Source: Methanomassiliicoccaceae archaeon | Lineage (GTDB): Archaea > Thermoplasmatota > Thermoplasmata > Methanomassiliicoccales > Methanomassiliicoccaceae | Direction of reading: 5' to 3' | DNA: 64,000 bases | NCBI GenBank assembly: GCA_963728405.1 | Contig: CAVSJV010000007.1 | Span: forward strand, 32,001 to 96,000 | Notes under the pieces: model-generated | Seen by the model: the letters and a program-made list of their open reading frames with translations, nothing else | Databases searched by the model: none | Told to the model about the DNA's origin: nothing | Program-made: the position numbers and the translations under genes | In this document: one piece after another, positions 62,886 through 64,000 of the stretch | Layout of the letters: every line of letters begins with the position of its first letter | Position numbering within the stretch: the first letter of the stretch is position 1

Positions 62886-64000
62886 CTAGGTAACGATTTC
62901 CTTGACCCGGCCCTCTTCGACGGCCCGCCGCACTTCCATCGCCAGCCTCCGCCCGGTGGACACGTTCTTCCTCCACAGGGAGTTGCCGTAGGCGTGGCCG
63001 ACGTTCATGTGGACGTTGGTCCCGCCGCCGATCCTCGGAGCCACGTCGTAGATGTAGAACTGAGGTCCTTGTCCACGCAGGTCTGGAGGCAGAACGGCCC
63101 GATGATGCCGGGGGCGAAATGCTCCTTTGCAGCGGCGACGAACTTCTCCGCCAGCTCGAAGGCATTCTCTAGGAGCGACTCGCGAATGGTCGCAGAGTTG
63201 TGGCCACAGACCGTGTACTCCGGGACCTTCTGCTCGTCGTTCAGGGTGAGCTGCTGGGCGGCCGGTATCCTGACGTGGCCGTCCAGGGACGACTCGAAGC
63301 GCCAGTCCACGCCGATGAGCTCGACCCTCTCGCCCTGCCTCTCCAAGGGGGAGTAGAAGAAGTCCAGGTTGAACACCGGCCCGATGATGTACTCCTCCAT
63401 GCGGGCGTGGTCCAGGGACCCCTGCTCGATCACACCCTGCTTGATGAGCTGCTCGGACTTCTCCTTGTACTCCTTGTAGGAGGCGCAGGTGAAGAAACCC
63501 CGCTCCAGCTTCTTCTTGGCATGGTGCAGCTTGACTATGCTGAGGGAGTTGATATCCTTGGGGTCGGTGATCTTCCTCGGGTAGGGTAGCCCGGCCTTAT
63601 CCAATAGCCAGTAGTAGTCCTTGGGCCCGCCGCGGTCCTCGCTCCTCAGCAGGTTCCTCGACCCCACCAGGGGCACCTGGAAATCATCCTCCACCGCATC
63701 GATGGAACAGTAGGAGGTGAAGGACCGGTTGGGGACGAACAGGGTGCTACGGCTCCTTAGGTCGTTCATGACCTCCGGCCTGAGGATATCCTTGAACTTG
63801 GGGAGCAAGAGGACCTCGTCGACCATCCCCCTCGTGATATTGCCATTCTTGTCCCGGAACGCTTTGAAGTAGCGCGAGTACGGGGTGTCCCTTCCGTCCT
63901 GGCAGACGGCCAGGGTCCGGAAGCCTTCCTCTACCGCCCCGTCACAGGTGTCCAGCGCGGAGTGGGAGCCCAGGACGCCGATCTTGGCGGTGCTCAGGTC
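62886..64000 (-). CDS. purP: 5-formaminoimidazole-4-carboxamide ribonucleotide synthase (PurP-like); 5' end outside window; frameshifted
   Basis: LGSHSALD, FVPNRSF, ERGFF, EEYIIG, RESLLE, PGIIGPFCLQ. Confidence 0.9.

Noticed and set aside
1-64000. CRISPR array, rRNA, intact integrase or transposase
   Set aside because: I saw no regularly spaced repeats, rRNA signatures or recombinase/transposase motifs by eye.

Overview
Archaeal chromosome segment, most consistent with Thermoplasmatota/Methanomassiliicoccales. The assignment rests on the rpl18e-rpl13-rps9-rpoN-tRNA-Pro operon, TBP, aRF1, archaeal trpS/pheS/argS/purP, hxlB and Thermoplasmatota-type wHTH-TPR proteins. Single-base indels break many genes, including essential ones, which suggests uncorrected long-read errors, so any single frameshift must be treated cautiously. 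The left part holds ABC transporters, a split glutamate-synthase-like operon led by a GlcD-type FAD/FeS oxidoreductase, and an accessory region (about 19.5-35.1 kb) downstream of tRNA-Pro(GGG). That region contains two degenerate copies of the tRNA 3' end (att-like), a TBP, a SpeD-like decarboxylase with homospermidine synthase, and gene remnants. The right part is mostly housekeeping genes. It also carries a DUF4011 SF1 helicase-nuclease (Hhe-like defence protein) and the main finding: a eukaryote-like ubiquitin conjugation locus at 43.3-48.0 kb. This locus encodes an E1, a ubiquitin-like protein ending GG plus a short extension, a UBC-type E2 with HPN and catalytic Cys, and an Rpn11/CSN5-like JAMM protease. 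No E3 is visible.
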